Shown here: positions 9,720 to 17,718 of the stretch, one piece after another
Numbering within the stretch: the first letter of the stretch is position 1
Layout: each line of letters starts with the position of its first letter
Assembly (NCBI GenBank): GCA_018820085.1
Contig: JAHJOV010000010.1
Coordinates: forward strand, 12,179-76,178
DNA: 64,000 nt
DNA from: Patescibacteria group bacterium
Lineage (GTDB): Bacteria > Patescibacteriota > Minisyncoccia > Portnoybacterales > UBA2143
Reading direction: 5' to 3'
The notes under the pieces: generated by a model
Database searches by the model: none
What the model saw: the letters and a program-made list of their open reading frames with translations, nothing else
Told to the model about the DNA's origin: nothing
Translations under genes and position numbers: made by a program

Positions 9720-10829
9720 ATGAAAACAAATAATAAAGAGATTAAGGAGAGAGCTCATAAGATAAATTGGCGAGAATTTTCTGCCATGGAGGAAAAAGAT
9801 AAGATTGTTTTTCTTAACAATTCTCAAACAGGTAATCCTTTTCATGTTTTGTTTTCTCAACAGTTTGATAGAAAAATCTTAGACCTTCTTTGTAAGGTGG
9901 CTGATAAAGCAAGATTGATTCATAAGAATAGAGACAAAGGTAGGAAATTTTTGAAAAGTCTGCTTTTTGGGACCTTTGCTTTAAATTTTTTCAGTCAGCC
10001 TAGTAGTCGAACTTTTCTTTCTTTCGAGACAGCTCAGGAAATTTTAGGGATGGGCATCAGAGATATTCGTGATCCAAACACTTCTTCAGAAGCCAAAGGG
10101 GAATCAATGGAGGATTCAATTAGAACATTTAGCAGTTATGTTGATTTAATAGTTATGAGACATCCAGAAGCAAAAGCTGTGGAAAGGGGAGTCTGGGTTT
10201 TAAACAGGTCTGATCGACGTATTCCAATCATTAGCGGTGGGTCTGGCCCTGATCAACATCCAACTCAAGCCCTGCTCGATATTTATACTATTTATAAGTC
10301 TTTTGATAGAAAAGTGGATAACAAGACTATTATTATGATTGGTGATTTATTGAGAGGCAGAACTGTAAGATCTCTTTCGTATTTCATGAAGAATTATAAG
10401 AATATGAAATTAATTTTTGTCTCGCCACGACATTTAAGAATGAAAAAAGATATAAAAGATTTTCTTAAGCGCCATAAGATTTCTTATCAAGAAGAAAATA
10501 ATTTCAAAAAAGTTATCCCTTTAGCTGATGTCATATATATGACTCGGATTCAGGATGAATGGGATAAAGGAAAAAACAAACAAAAAAGCCATGAGTCTGT
10601 TGGTCAAGGATTCAAGTTTAAGGCAGAATATCTTAATTTGATGAAGAAAAAATCTATTTTAATGCATCCTTTACCCAAAAGGGATGAAATTGATGTAGAA
10701 TTGGATTATTGTGGTGATCCAAGAATAATTTATTGGCGTCAAGAACGTAACGGCATGTGGGCTAGAGTAGCTTTGATAGCTATGATTTTCCAAAAAGAAC
10801 AAGATATTTTGAGATACAAGATAAAATAA
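9720..10829 (+). CDS. pyrB: Aspartate carbamoyltransferase catalytic-chain-like protein with N-terminal extension
   Basis: Carbamoyltransferase motifs SSRTF (STRTR variant), HPTQALLD and HPLP. HPLP is ATCase-like; OTCase has HCLP. About 60 aa of extra N-terminus. Confidence 0.6.
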   Translation: MKTNNKEIKERAHKINWREFSAMEEKDKIVFLNNSQTGNPFHVLFSQQFDRKILDLLCKVADKARLIHKNRDKGRKFLKSLLFGTFALNFFSQPSSRTFLSFETAQEILGMGIRDIRDPNTSSEAKGESMEDSIRTFSSYVDLIVMRHPEAKAVERGVWVLNRSDRRIPIISGGSGPDQHPTQALLDIYTIYKSFDRKVDNKTIIMIGDLLRGRTVRSLSYFMKNYKNMKLIFVSPRHLRMKKDIKDFLKRHKISYQEENNFKKVIPLADVIYMTRIQDEWDKGKNKQKSHESVGQGFKFKAEYLNLMKKKSILMHPLPKRDEIDVELDYCGDPRIIYWRQERNGMWARVALIAMIFQKEQDILRYKIK

Positions 10830-10845
10830 TTACATAAAAATTAAA

Positions 10846-11052
10846 TATATTGTCTTATTCTTAATTAAAGTTTATCAAAAAACCATATCGCCTGATCATG
10901 GTTATTTTCCTATTTTACGTGTCTTAGGCCAATGTCGGCATTACCCAACCTGTTCTCAATATACGGTTCAAGCCGTAAAAAAACATGGGGCCTTTAAAGG
11001 TCTTTGGTTGGGATTAAAAAGAGTTGTTACTTGTCATCCTTGGGGAAATTAA
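10846..11052 (+). CDS. yidD: Membrane protein insertion efficiency factor YidD (missed by the ORF track; no canonical start codon in frame)
   Basis: Manual translation of the frame ending at TAA 11050-11052 gives ...LIKVYQKTISPDHGYFPILRVLGQCRHYPTCSQYTVQAVKKHGAFKGLWLGLKRVVTCHPWGN. This matches the YidD hallmark (FYQ..ISP...CRF.PTCS.YA..A...HG...G..L...R...CHPW). There is no in-frame ATG/GTG/TTG after the upstream stop at 10843-10845; candidate starts are only ATA/ATT. Confidence 0.6.
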   Translation, partial: YIVLFLIKVYQKTISPDHGYFPILRVLGQCRHYPTCSQYTVQAVKKHGAFKGLWLGLKRVVTCHPWGN

Positions 11053-11074
11053 CTAATTTTGCTACAATAAGAAT

Positions 11075-11695
11075 ATGAAAACAAAAATGAATAAGGTAAT
11101 TAAGGTTTTAATTCTTTCAGATTTGACTTTAGTTGGCGGTTTGGGTTTTGTTTCGCCAATTTTTGCCATATTTTTAACTGAAAGGATAAAAGGTGGTAGC
11201 GTTGAGACAGTTGGTTATGTATCAGCTATATATTGGATTATCATTGCTTTGACGGTAATTCCTTTTGGAAGATATTTAGATAAAAATCATGGTGAAAAAG
11301 ACGATTTTTGGTTCATTGTTATTGGTAATATTTTAGCGGCTTTAGCTGTTTTAGGATATCTTTTTTCTTCGGTTATCTGGCATATCTATATCTTTCATAT
11401 ACTTTATGCCTTTGGTATGAGTATGAACATATCGGCTTATGGAGCTATTTTTACTAGACATATTGACAAAGGGAAAGAAGCCTTAAGTTGGAGTACTCGG
11501 GCTGCTTTAATTGGAACAGGAACAGGAATAACAGGCGCCTTGGGTGGAATTATTGCTGCCAGATTTGGTTTTGAAACTCTCTTTGTCGGTATTTTCTTTA
11601 TAGTCCTATTAAGCGCTCTTTTTCCTTTTGCGATTTACAAGAAAATTTATTCCAGGGACAAACAAACAATTCATATACCTACGGTTAAAATTTAA
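11075..11695 (+). CDS. Hypothetical 6-TM membrane protein
   Basis: ORF track. Hydrophobic segments throughout. No recognizable motif. Confidence 0.3.
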   Translation: MKTKMNKVIKVLILSDLTLVGGLGFVSPIFAIFLTERIKGGSVETVGYVSAIYWIIIALTVIPFGRYLDKNHGEKDDFWFIVIGNILAALAVLGYLFSSVIWHIYIFHILYAFGMSMNISAYGAIFTRHIDKGKEALSWSTRAALIGTGTGITGALGGIIAARFGFETLFVGIFFIVLLSALFPFAIYKKIYSRDKQTIHIPTVKI

Positions 11696-11700
11696 TTTAA

Positions 11701-13461
11701 ATGAAGAATTTAGAGATAGCTCAAATTTTTTATCAAATAGCTGAGTTTATTGAGATGAATGAAGTTTCATTTCGTTCCCGAGCGTATAATAAAGCGGCTC
11801 GGGTTTTAGAATCCATGGAAATAAATATTGAGGAGATATATAATCAAGGTGGGCTTAAGGAATTAAAAAAGATTTCTGGGATCGGTCAGGCTACTGCTCA
11901 GAAGATTGAAGAATTTATCAAAACCGGAAAGATTAAAACTTACCAAAAACTTAAAAAAGAATGTCCGGTTGATTTAGAAAAGTTAACAGCTGTTGAAGGA
12001 TTGGGCGCTAGAAAAATCAAAGTTCTTTATAAAGAATTAAGTATTAGAAATCTTAAAGATTTAGAAAAAGCAGCTAAGACAGGAAAGATAGGGGGATTAG
12101 AGGGTTTTGGTCAAAAAAGTGAAACAAATATTTTAGAAGCTATTGAGTTTGTTAAAGCTGGTCAAGGTAGATTTCCATTAGGGACGGCTTTATCCATAAT
12201 TAGACAAATAATTAATAAACTCGAGAAATTATCAGAAGTAAAAAAAATTAGTTCAGCTGGTTCGCTTCGGCGAATGAAAGAAACAATTGGTGATCTTGAT
12301 ATTTTAGTCATTTCTTCTCAACCAAAAAAAGTAATGAATTTTTTTGTTAAAATGCCTGAAGTGATTAAAATCTGGGCCCAAGGATTAACTAAATCGTCAG
12401 TTAGATTAAAAAATGGACTCGATTGTGATTTGAGAGTGGTTAAAAAAGAAAGTTTTGGGGCTGCTCTCCAATATTTTACTGGAAGCAAAGAACATAACAT
12501 TTTAGTTAGAAAAATAGCTAAGAAGAAGAAATTAAAATTAAATGAATATGGAGTTTTTCTAATTAAAGAGAAAACCCCGACGCAAGGTCGGGGTCCCGAC
12601 CACGAAATGCGTCGGGAGAGAATTGCTGGCAAAAGTGAGAAAGAAGTTTACAATGCTATTGGCCTACCATATATTGAACCAGAACTAAGAACTAATACTG
12701 GAGAGATTGAGGCAGCTTTAAATAATAAGTTGCCCGAATTAATTGGATATAAGGATATAAAAGGTGAGACTCATAGTCATAGTGATTGGAGTGATGGAGA
12801 CGAGAAAATTGAAGATCTTGCTAAAGCAGCTAAAAAAATGGGTTATCAATATATAGTTCTTACTGATCATGCTGGCTTTTTAAAAATCACTAATGCTTTG
12901 GATGAGAAACGGCTTCTAAAACAGATGGATGAGATAGATAAAATTAATAAAAAGCTTTCAGGAATTAAGATTATTAAAGGAGCTGAGGTTGATATTAAAG
13001 TTGATGGTAGCTTAGCTATTAAAGATGAAGTTTTAGCTAAGTTAGATTTTGTTTATGGAGCAATTCATTCAAAATTTAAGATGAGTAAAAAAGATATGAC
13101 TCAGAGATTAATTAGGGCTATAGAAAATCCTCATCTTGACGCTATTGCTCATCCAACCGGACGAATGATTCAGAAAAGGGAAGAGTATCTATTGGATTTT
13201 GAACAGATCTTAAAAGTAGCTAAGAAGAATAGAACCGCTTTAGAAATTAATGCTCATGCTAAACGTTTGGATTTAAAGGATATTTATATCCGTCAGGCCG
13301 TAGAAATGAGTGTTAAAATGGTCATTGGAACTGATGTCCATCATCTCAGCTATATGCCTATGATGGAATTAGGTATTGCTCAAGCTCGCCGGGGTTGGGC
13401 TAGTAAAAAGGATATTCTCAATACACGTTCTTTTATAGAATTTATTAAATATTTTAAATAA
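11701..13461 (+). CDS. polX: DNA polymerase X family protein with C-terminal PHP 3'-5' exonuclease domain
   Basis: Pol beta-like N-terminus (MKNLEIAQIFYQIAEFIEMNEVSFRSRAYNKAAR), HhH motifs (ISGIGQATAQKI, VEGLGARKIK), C-terminal PHP (THSHSDWSDG..., HP.GR). Contains a GC-rich palindromic in-frame insertion at about 12580-12625. Confidence 0.8.
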   Translation: MKNLEIAQIFYQIAEFIEMNEVSFRSRAYNKAARVLESMEINIEEIYNQGGLKELKKISGIGQATAQKIEEFIKTGKIKTYQKLKKECPVDLEKLTAVEGLGARKIKVLYKELSIRNLKDLEKAAKTGKIGGLEGFGQKSETNILEAIEFVKAGQGRFPLGTALSIIRQIINKLEKLSEVKKISSAGSLRRMKETIGDLDILVISSQPKKVMNFFVKMPEVIKIWAQGLTKSSVRLKNGLDCDLRVVKKESFGAALQYFTGSKEHNILVRKIAKKKKLKLNEYGVFLIKEKTPTQGRGPDHEMRRERIAGKSEKEVYNAIGLPYIEPELRTNTGEIEAALNNKLPELIGYKDIKGETHSHSDWSDGDEKIEDLAKAAKKMGYQYIVLTDHAGFLKITNALDEKRLLKQMDEIDKINKKLSGIKIIKGAEVDIKVDGSLAIKDEVLAKLDFVYGAIHSKFKMSKKDMTQRLIRAIENPHLDAIAHPTGRMIQKREEYLLDFEQILKVAKKNRTALEINAHAKRLDLKDIYIRQAVEMSVKMVIGTDVHHLSYMPMMELGIAQARRGWASKKDILNTRSFIEFIKYFK

Positions 13462-13463
13462 GT

Positions 13464-13838
13464 ATGTCTTTAAAAACAAAAAATTGGATTTTAGTTTTTA
13501 TTTGGGCTAGTTTTATCTTTTTTCTTTCTCATCAGCCCTTTCTTGAATCTGGTTTGCCTAACCAATGGGATTTTATTTTACGGAAAATAGCTCATATTAC
13601 TGAATATGCTATTTTAACTTGGTTGTTAATTCGAGCTTTAAGGGGATATCAATTAACTCCTAGTCAGATTTTACTTTTAGCTATTAGTTTATCTTTTCTT
13701 TATGCTATGTCTGATGAATATCATCAGACTTTTATTCTTGGCCGCCAAGGCGTTCCTCGAGATGTTTTCATAGATAGCTTTGGTATTTTTCTAGGCGCTT
13801 GGCTGAGCAAGATGAAAGTAAAGGTTAGAGTTGTGTAG
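13464..13838 (+). CDS. VanZ-like family membrane protein
   Basis: 4 TM helices and a VanZ-type motif (MSDEYHQTFILGRQGVPRDVFIDSFGIFLGA). Confidence 0.55.
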   Translation: MSLKTKNWILVFIWASFIFFLSHQPFLESGLPNQWDFILRKIAHITEYAILTWLLIRALRGYQLTPSQILLLAISLSFLYAMSDEYHQTFILGRQGVPRDVFIDSFGIFLGAWLSKMKVKVRVV

Positions 13839-13852
13839 AGGTTTGTTGTGTA

Positions 13853-13913
13853 GAGGTCCGACATTATTTTGTCCGCACCTCAGCAGAGGTTCGGCAAAAT
13901 AAGGTCTGACCTC
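13853..13913. repeat. Family-2 REP/MITE-like element
   Basis: gaggtccgacattattttgtccgcacctcagcagaggttcggcaaaataaggtctgacctc. Confidence 0.8.
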
Positions 13914-13990
13914 GTTGTAGAAAACCGTTATTTCACGCGGTTTTTTTGATTGACCAAAGACACTTAAGGCGGTATCATTAAGGTAGAAAC
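13914..13990 (+). promoter_or_regulatory. Terminator-promoter cassette T1 (copy 1): hairpin aaaaccg...cggttttttt, then TTGACC-N17-TATCAT
   Basis: Stem-loop aaaaccgttatttcacgcggttttttt (13919-13948), then -35 TTGACC (13950-13955), 17-nt spacer, -10 TATCAT (13973-13978). It lies 40 bp upstream of the MTase gene at 14019. A second copy (~85% identical) is at 17376-17455. Confidence 0.6.
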
Positions 13991-14018
13991 CTAAAATTAA
14001 AGATTTGTTAATGTTAAT

Positions 14019-14885
14019 ATGAATAAAAAAGTATTTAAAAAAAATAATCTTTTTTCTCAAAAAGAAGTGACGAAAGCTGAAATCTACCTAGGTGATTCTT
14101 TAGAGGTAATAAATAATTTTAAATCAGACAGCATTGATTTAATTGTAACCTCTCCACCTTACGCTGATCAAAGAAATAGTACATATGGAGGAATTAAGCC
14201 CGATTGTTATGTTGAATGGTTCTTGCCAATTTCTAAAGAACTGTTAAGAGTTTTAAAACCCACAGGAACATTTATATTAAATATAAAGGAAAAAGTAACG
14301 AATGGTGAAAGACATGTATATGTTATAGAGTTGATTTTAGAAATGAAAAAACAAGGATGGTTATGGACAGAAGAATATATCTGGCATAAAAAAAATAGTC
14401 ATCCAGGAAAATGGCCAAATAGATTTAGAGATTCTTGGGAGAGATTATTGCAATTTAATAAAACAAAAGGATTTAATATGTATCAAGAAGAAGTTATGGT
14501 TCCTATGGGTGATTGGGCTAAAACAAGATTAAAGAATTTGAGCAAAACTGATATGAGAAGAGATGATTCAAGGGTTGGTAGCGGTTTTGGAAAAAATGTA
14601 TCCAAATGGATTGGAAGAGAAATGGCCTATCCAACAAATGTATTGATGTTAGCAACCGAAACAGGCAACAAAAACCATAGTGCTGTTTTCCCCAAGAGCC
14701 TTCCTACTTGGTTTATTAAATTATTTACAAAAAGAGGCGATACTGTATTAGATCCATTTTTAGGATCAGGAACGACCTTAATCACTGCTTTAGAGTTAGA
14801 TAGGAATTCAATCGGTATAGAAATACTTAAAGAATATTATGATTTAGCCACAGAAAATATAAATAAAAACATTCAACAATTATGA
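14019..14885 (+). CDS. Beta-class DNA methyltransferase (N4-cytosine or N6-adenine; motif IV SPPY precedes motif I)
   Basis: DLIVTSPPYADQ (motif IV) in the N-terminal part and VLDPFLGSGTTLITA (motif I, FxGxG) near the C-terminus. This is the circularly permuted beta-class order of the N6_N4 MTase family. Confidence 0.8.
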   Translation: MNKKVFKKNNLFSQKEVTKAEIYLGDSLEVINNFKSDSIDLIVTSPPYADQRNSTYGGIKPDCYVEWFLPISKELLRVLKPTGTFILNIKEKVTNGERHVYVIELILEMKKQGWLWTEEYIWHKKNSHPGKWPNRFRDSWERLLQFNKTKGFNMYQEEVMVPMGDWAKTRLKNLSKTDMRRDDSRVGSGFGKNVSKWIGREMAYPTNVLMLATETGNKNHSAVFPKSLPTWFIKLFTKRGDTVLDPFLGSGTTLITALELDRNSIGIEILKEYYDLATENINKNIQQL

Positions 14886-15694
14886 AAAATTTAAATTACA
14901 ATCAATTTAACAAATTTATTGAAAGCGATGTTATTCATCCTTTCTATCAGAAAAGATTATTAAGTCTCAAAAAAATTAAGTTAAATTACTTAATAAAAAG
15001 AAAAAATCCATATCTATTTAAAGCAAAAAATATTCAAACAGCAGGAGATTTTTCGAAATACTTATTAGATGCTTTTCTTTCATCACAAGAAGAAACATTT
15101 TTTGGAGATCTTCTAGAAAATCTTGCTATTCATATTTGTAAACAAATATTTGATGGGAAAAAAGCAGAACAGGTAAAATTTCGTAGTGTTGACCTTATCT
15201 TTAAAAGAGATAATAAACTGTATATTGTTGGCATTAAATCTGGTCCCAATTGGGGCAACAGCGATCAGCTAAACGCTATGAAAGGAAATTTCAAAAAGTC
15301 AAAAGAAACTTTAAAAAAAGAAGGCGAAAAACTAAGAATTATCAGTGTAAATGGTTGTATGTATGGGAAAGATAATAAACCACTCAAAAAGGATAAAAAA
15401 GATTATAAAAGAAACTATTATAAATTATGTGGTCAACAATTCTGGGAGTTAATATCTGCTGATGATAAACTTTATAAGAAGATAATTGAGCCATTGGATA
15501 AAGAAGCTAAAAAGAGAGATGAAGTATTTCAAAGTCTATATGTCAAAAAACTAAACGAGATGACTAAGGACTTAATAGAATTATTTTATACAGATAATGA
15601 TTTAGATTGGAATAAAATAATTGATTATGTTTCTAAAAAAGAAACTAAAAAGAGGAAGCTAAAAGAAAAAAGTAGTTCTAAAGCAAATAAATGA
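14882..15694 (+). CDS. Putative type II restriction endonuclease partner of the MTase (lysine-rich; possible PD-(D/E)xK core)
   Basis: Start overlaps the MTase stop (ATGA), indicating translational coupling. Possible nuclease core VDLIF...YIVGIKSG. No confident family match by eye. Confidence 0.35.
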   Translation: MKNLNYNQFNKFIESDVIHPFYQKRLLSLKKIKLNYLIKRKNPYLFKAKNIQTAGDFSKYLLDAFLSSQEETFFGDLLENLAIHICKQIFDGKKAEQVKFRSVDLIFKRDNKLYIVGIKSGPNWGNSDQLNAMKGNFKKSKETLKKEGEKLRIISVNGCMYGKDNKPLKKDKKDYKRNYYKLCGQQFWELISADDKLYKKIIEPLDKEAKKRDEVFQSLYVKKLNEMTKDLIELFYTDNDLDWNKIIDYVSKKETKKRKLKEKSSSKANK

Positions 15695-15778
15695 AAGATT
15701 TGAAGAAAATTTGGAAGTTGAAATGATTTGAAAAGAATAAAAAGCAGGAAACGAATAACTTCCTGCTCAAAAATTTTA

Positions 15779-16048
15779 TTATTTTTGTCTTTTGATAAAT
15801 TTTTTCATTGTGTTATTGACATTTTTACCGCCCACTTTTACTGTTCCAACTATCCGTCCATAAGAAATAGCATCTTCTGTGTAACTGATAGTTTTATTTT
15901 CAACTAGTTTTTCAAGCTCGTGCTTGGCAGCAGCACCGCCTTTTTGGTTTTTTTCTGGTGCATCAACGTTGGCGAGCCTAATGAACTTATTGTAGGGGAG
16001 ACGAACAGTGTCGCCGTCAATAACCTCTTTGACTTTAGCTTTAGGCAT
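15779..16048 (-). CDS. Small staphylococcal-nuclease (SNase/thermonuclease)-like protein
   Basis: 89 aa with SNase hallmarks EVIDGDTVRL...IRLANVDAPE...YGRIVGTVKVGGKNVN. These correspond to the Ca-binding DxDTx and catalytic DAPE region of thermonuclease. Confidence 0.5.
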   Translation of the reverse strand: MPKAKVKEVIDGDTVRLPYNKFIRLANVDAPEKNQKGGAAAKHELEKLVENKTISYTEDAISYGRIVGTVKVGGKNVNNTMKKFIKRQK

Positions 16049-16119
16049 AAATTTTATTAATTTATTATGAGTAAGGTTCGACTAAGCCTTTTTCGATGTT
16101 ATTCTATCAGATTGGGTTT

Positions 16120-16175
16120 CAATGTCAAGGATTCTTACTTATCAACTTGACAAGAATTCTTTACAAGGGATATAA
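16120..16175 (+). promoter_or_regulatory. Strong sigma70-like promoter TTGACA-N18-TATAAT flanked by direct repeats (candidate autoregulatory operator) for the HTH-Panacea gene
   Basis: TTGACA at 16146-16151 and TATAAT at 16170-16175. Direct repeats caaggattcttac / caagaattcttta bracket the -35 box. A GATATAAT extended -10 is present. Confidence 0.55.
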
Positions 16176-16184
16176 TCAATATAT

Positions 16185-16970
16185 ATGATTAAAGATCTAT
16201 TTAAAAAAATCAAGGCGTTACGTGAAGAAAATAATTTCTCACAGGGATATATGGCAGGAGAGCTTGGAATGTCTCGACCAACCTATACACAGATAGAGAA
16301 AGATGAACGGGAATTGACCATTTCAGAGGCGAAAAAAGTAGCGTCTATATTCAGCATGTCTTTAAAAGATTTGTTAAATGGCGGTAAAAAAGAAATTAAA
16401 GTTAATTTTGAGAAAAAAAAGAAAGTTAAAAAAACGGTTGAACCAAAGATGAGAATTATTATGACTCAAGCAAATGTAGAAAAATTTAAAGAAGTATTGC
16501 TATATATTTTAGAAAAAGCCGGGGCACGGCCAAATATTGGAGAGACCGCTATTTATAAACTGCTCTATTTTATAGATTTTGACTATTATGAGAAATTTGA
16601 AGAACAACTTATAGGCGCCAAATATATTAAAAATCATTTCGGTCCAACACCAATTGAATTTAAAAAAATAACTGATCAGATGATAGAAAAAGGTGAGATA
16701 GAAAAAGTCAAAAGCAAACATTTTCAATATGAGCAAAAAAAATACTTGCCGAGAAGGTCGGCTGACTTGAAAATTTTATCAGCTCAAGAAATTCAACATA
16801 TCGATGATGTCTTAAATCGTCTGTCGTGGAAAAACGCCAAGGAATTAAGTGAATATTCTCATTCGGATACTCCCTGGAGAGTTCATAAAATAGGCGAAGC
16901 AATTAGCTACGAAACTGTTTTTTATCGTGACGATGATCATTCAATTAGGAATTACGATGACGAACTTTAA
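16185..16970 (+). CDS. Fused HTH-XRE DNA-binding domain + Panacea (DUF4065/SocA-like) antitoxin domain protein
   Basis: N-terminus FSQGYMAGELGMSRPTYTQIEKDERELTISEAKKVASIF is a classic XRE HTH. The C-terminal domain ...ARPNIGETAIYKLLYFIDFDYYEKFEEQLIGAKYIKNHFGPTPIEF matches the Panacea/DUF4065 antitoxin signature (KLxKLLYfaD...G..i....Y.a...GPv). Confidence 0.6.
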   Translation: MIKDLFKKIKALREENNFSQGYMAGELGMSRPTYTQIEKDERELTISEAKKVASIFSMSLKDLLNGGKKEIKVNFEKKKKVKKTVEPKMRIIMTQANVEKFKEVLLYILEKAGARPNIGETAIYKLLYFIDFDYYEKFEEQLIGAKYIKNHFGPTPIEFKKITDQMIEKGEIEKVKSKHFQYEQKKYLPRRSADLKILSAQEIQHIDDVLNRLSWKNAKELSEYSHSDTPWRVHKIGEAISYETVFYRDDDHSIRNYDDEL

Positions 16971-17301
16971 GAGTACGATAGAGTTTCAAAAAGATTTCAA
17001 AAAATTATTCAAGAAATTTAAATCATTGGATAGCGATTTGAAAGAGTTTAAAAAAGTTTTAAATGAAGCACCTCTAGGAATTGGCAAACATTTTAATGTT
17101 ATTACGAAAACTGACTTTATATATATTGTTAAGGCCAGATTTTTTTGTAAAAATTTAAAGAAGAAAGATTTACGAATTATTTATTCCCATATTGAAGAGC
17201 AAAAAAAGATTGAATTTATTGAGATGTATTTCAAAGGGGATAAGGAAAGTGAAGATAGAGAAAGAATTAAAAAATACTTAAAATCTCTTTTAACGAGTTA
17301 A
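16957..17301 (+). CDS. RelE/ParE-superfamily-like toxin candidate, overlapping the Panacea gene by 14 bp
   Basis: In-frame ATG at 16957 gives MTNFKSTIEFQKDFKKLFKK...LGIGKHFNVI...ARFFCKNLKKKDLRIIYSHIEEQKKIEFIEMYFKGDKE. This resembles the RelE/YafQ pattern (F.K.FKKL...G..L.G.....YR..RIIY.I.....I.I..IGHR). The 3' overlap with the antitoxin is typical of TA operons. The ORF track gives an upstream alternative start at 16927. Confidence 0.4.
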   Translation: MTNFKSTIEFQKDFKKLFKKFKSLDSDLKEFKKVLNEAPLGIGKHFNVITKTDFIYIVKARFFCKNLKKKDLRIIYSHIEEQKKIEFIEMYFKGDKESEDRERIKKYLKSLLTS

Positions 17302-17375
17302 CGAGGTCGGACCTGAAACCTTGAATTCGCATTATTCTTCTAATAGCTTGGTTTAATAGAAAAAAATCCACGAGA

Positions 17376-17455
17376 CCTCGTCGTAGAAAACCGTTATTTC
17401 ACGCAGTTTTTTTGATTGACCAAAGGCATTTAAGAAGGTATTATTAAAGTATAAA
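17376..17455 (+). promoter_or_regulatory. Terminator-promoter cassette T1 (copy 2): TTGACC-N17-TATTAT
   Basis: About 85% identical to 13914-13990. -35 TTGACC 17418-17423, -10 TATTAT 17441-17446. Preceded by the motif cttggtttaatag, which is also found at 20938-20955. Confidence 0.55.
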
Positions 17456-17525
17456 TTCATTGTCATTCTGAGCCAGCAGACGAAGAATCTCATATAAATA
17501 ATTAAACTCTAGGAAATGTAAATAG

Positions 17526-17717
17526 ATGAAGAAGATTTATTGTAAAAATAAAATTTATTCTGAAAAAGAAATCAATAATATTGCGACTGTCAATAAAATG
17601 GTAACAGTTGACTGTTTAAAAGATGAAAATATGATTAGTGTTGAAAAAGAAGGCGAAGATTGTTTGTTTGAATTTACAAAAACAGGAGAAGATAAATTTT
17701 TATTAACATGGTCATAA
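17526..17717 (+). CDS. Small hypothetical protein leading RM module 2
   Basis: ORF track only. 63 aa with two Cys. Ends 1 bp before the MTase start. No recognizable HTH. Confidence 0.2.
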   Translation: MKKIYCKNKIYSEKEINNIATVNKMVTVDCLKDENMISVEKEGEDCLFEFTKTGEDKFLLTWS

Positions 17718-17718
17718 T

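Noticed and set aside
12318-12632. Minus-strand ORF inside polX
   Set aside because: Antisense to a well-supported polX CDS. No motifs.
16509-16902. Two minus-strand ORFs antisense to the HTH-Panacea gene
   Set aside because: Embedded antisense in a gene with clear domain signatures. Hydrophobic low-complexity translations typical of AT-rich antisense frames.
17461-17492. Possible fourth family-1 repeat (gtcattctgagccagcagacgaagaatctcat)
   Set aside because: Shares only the gtcattc start and lacks the paired hairpins of family 1. Treated as unrelated promoter-proximal sequence.
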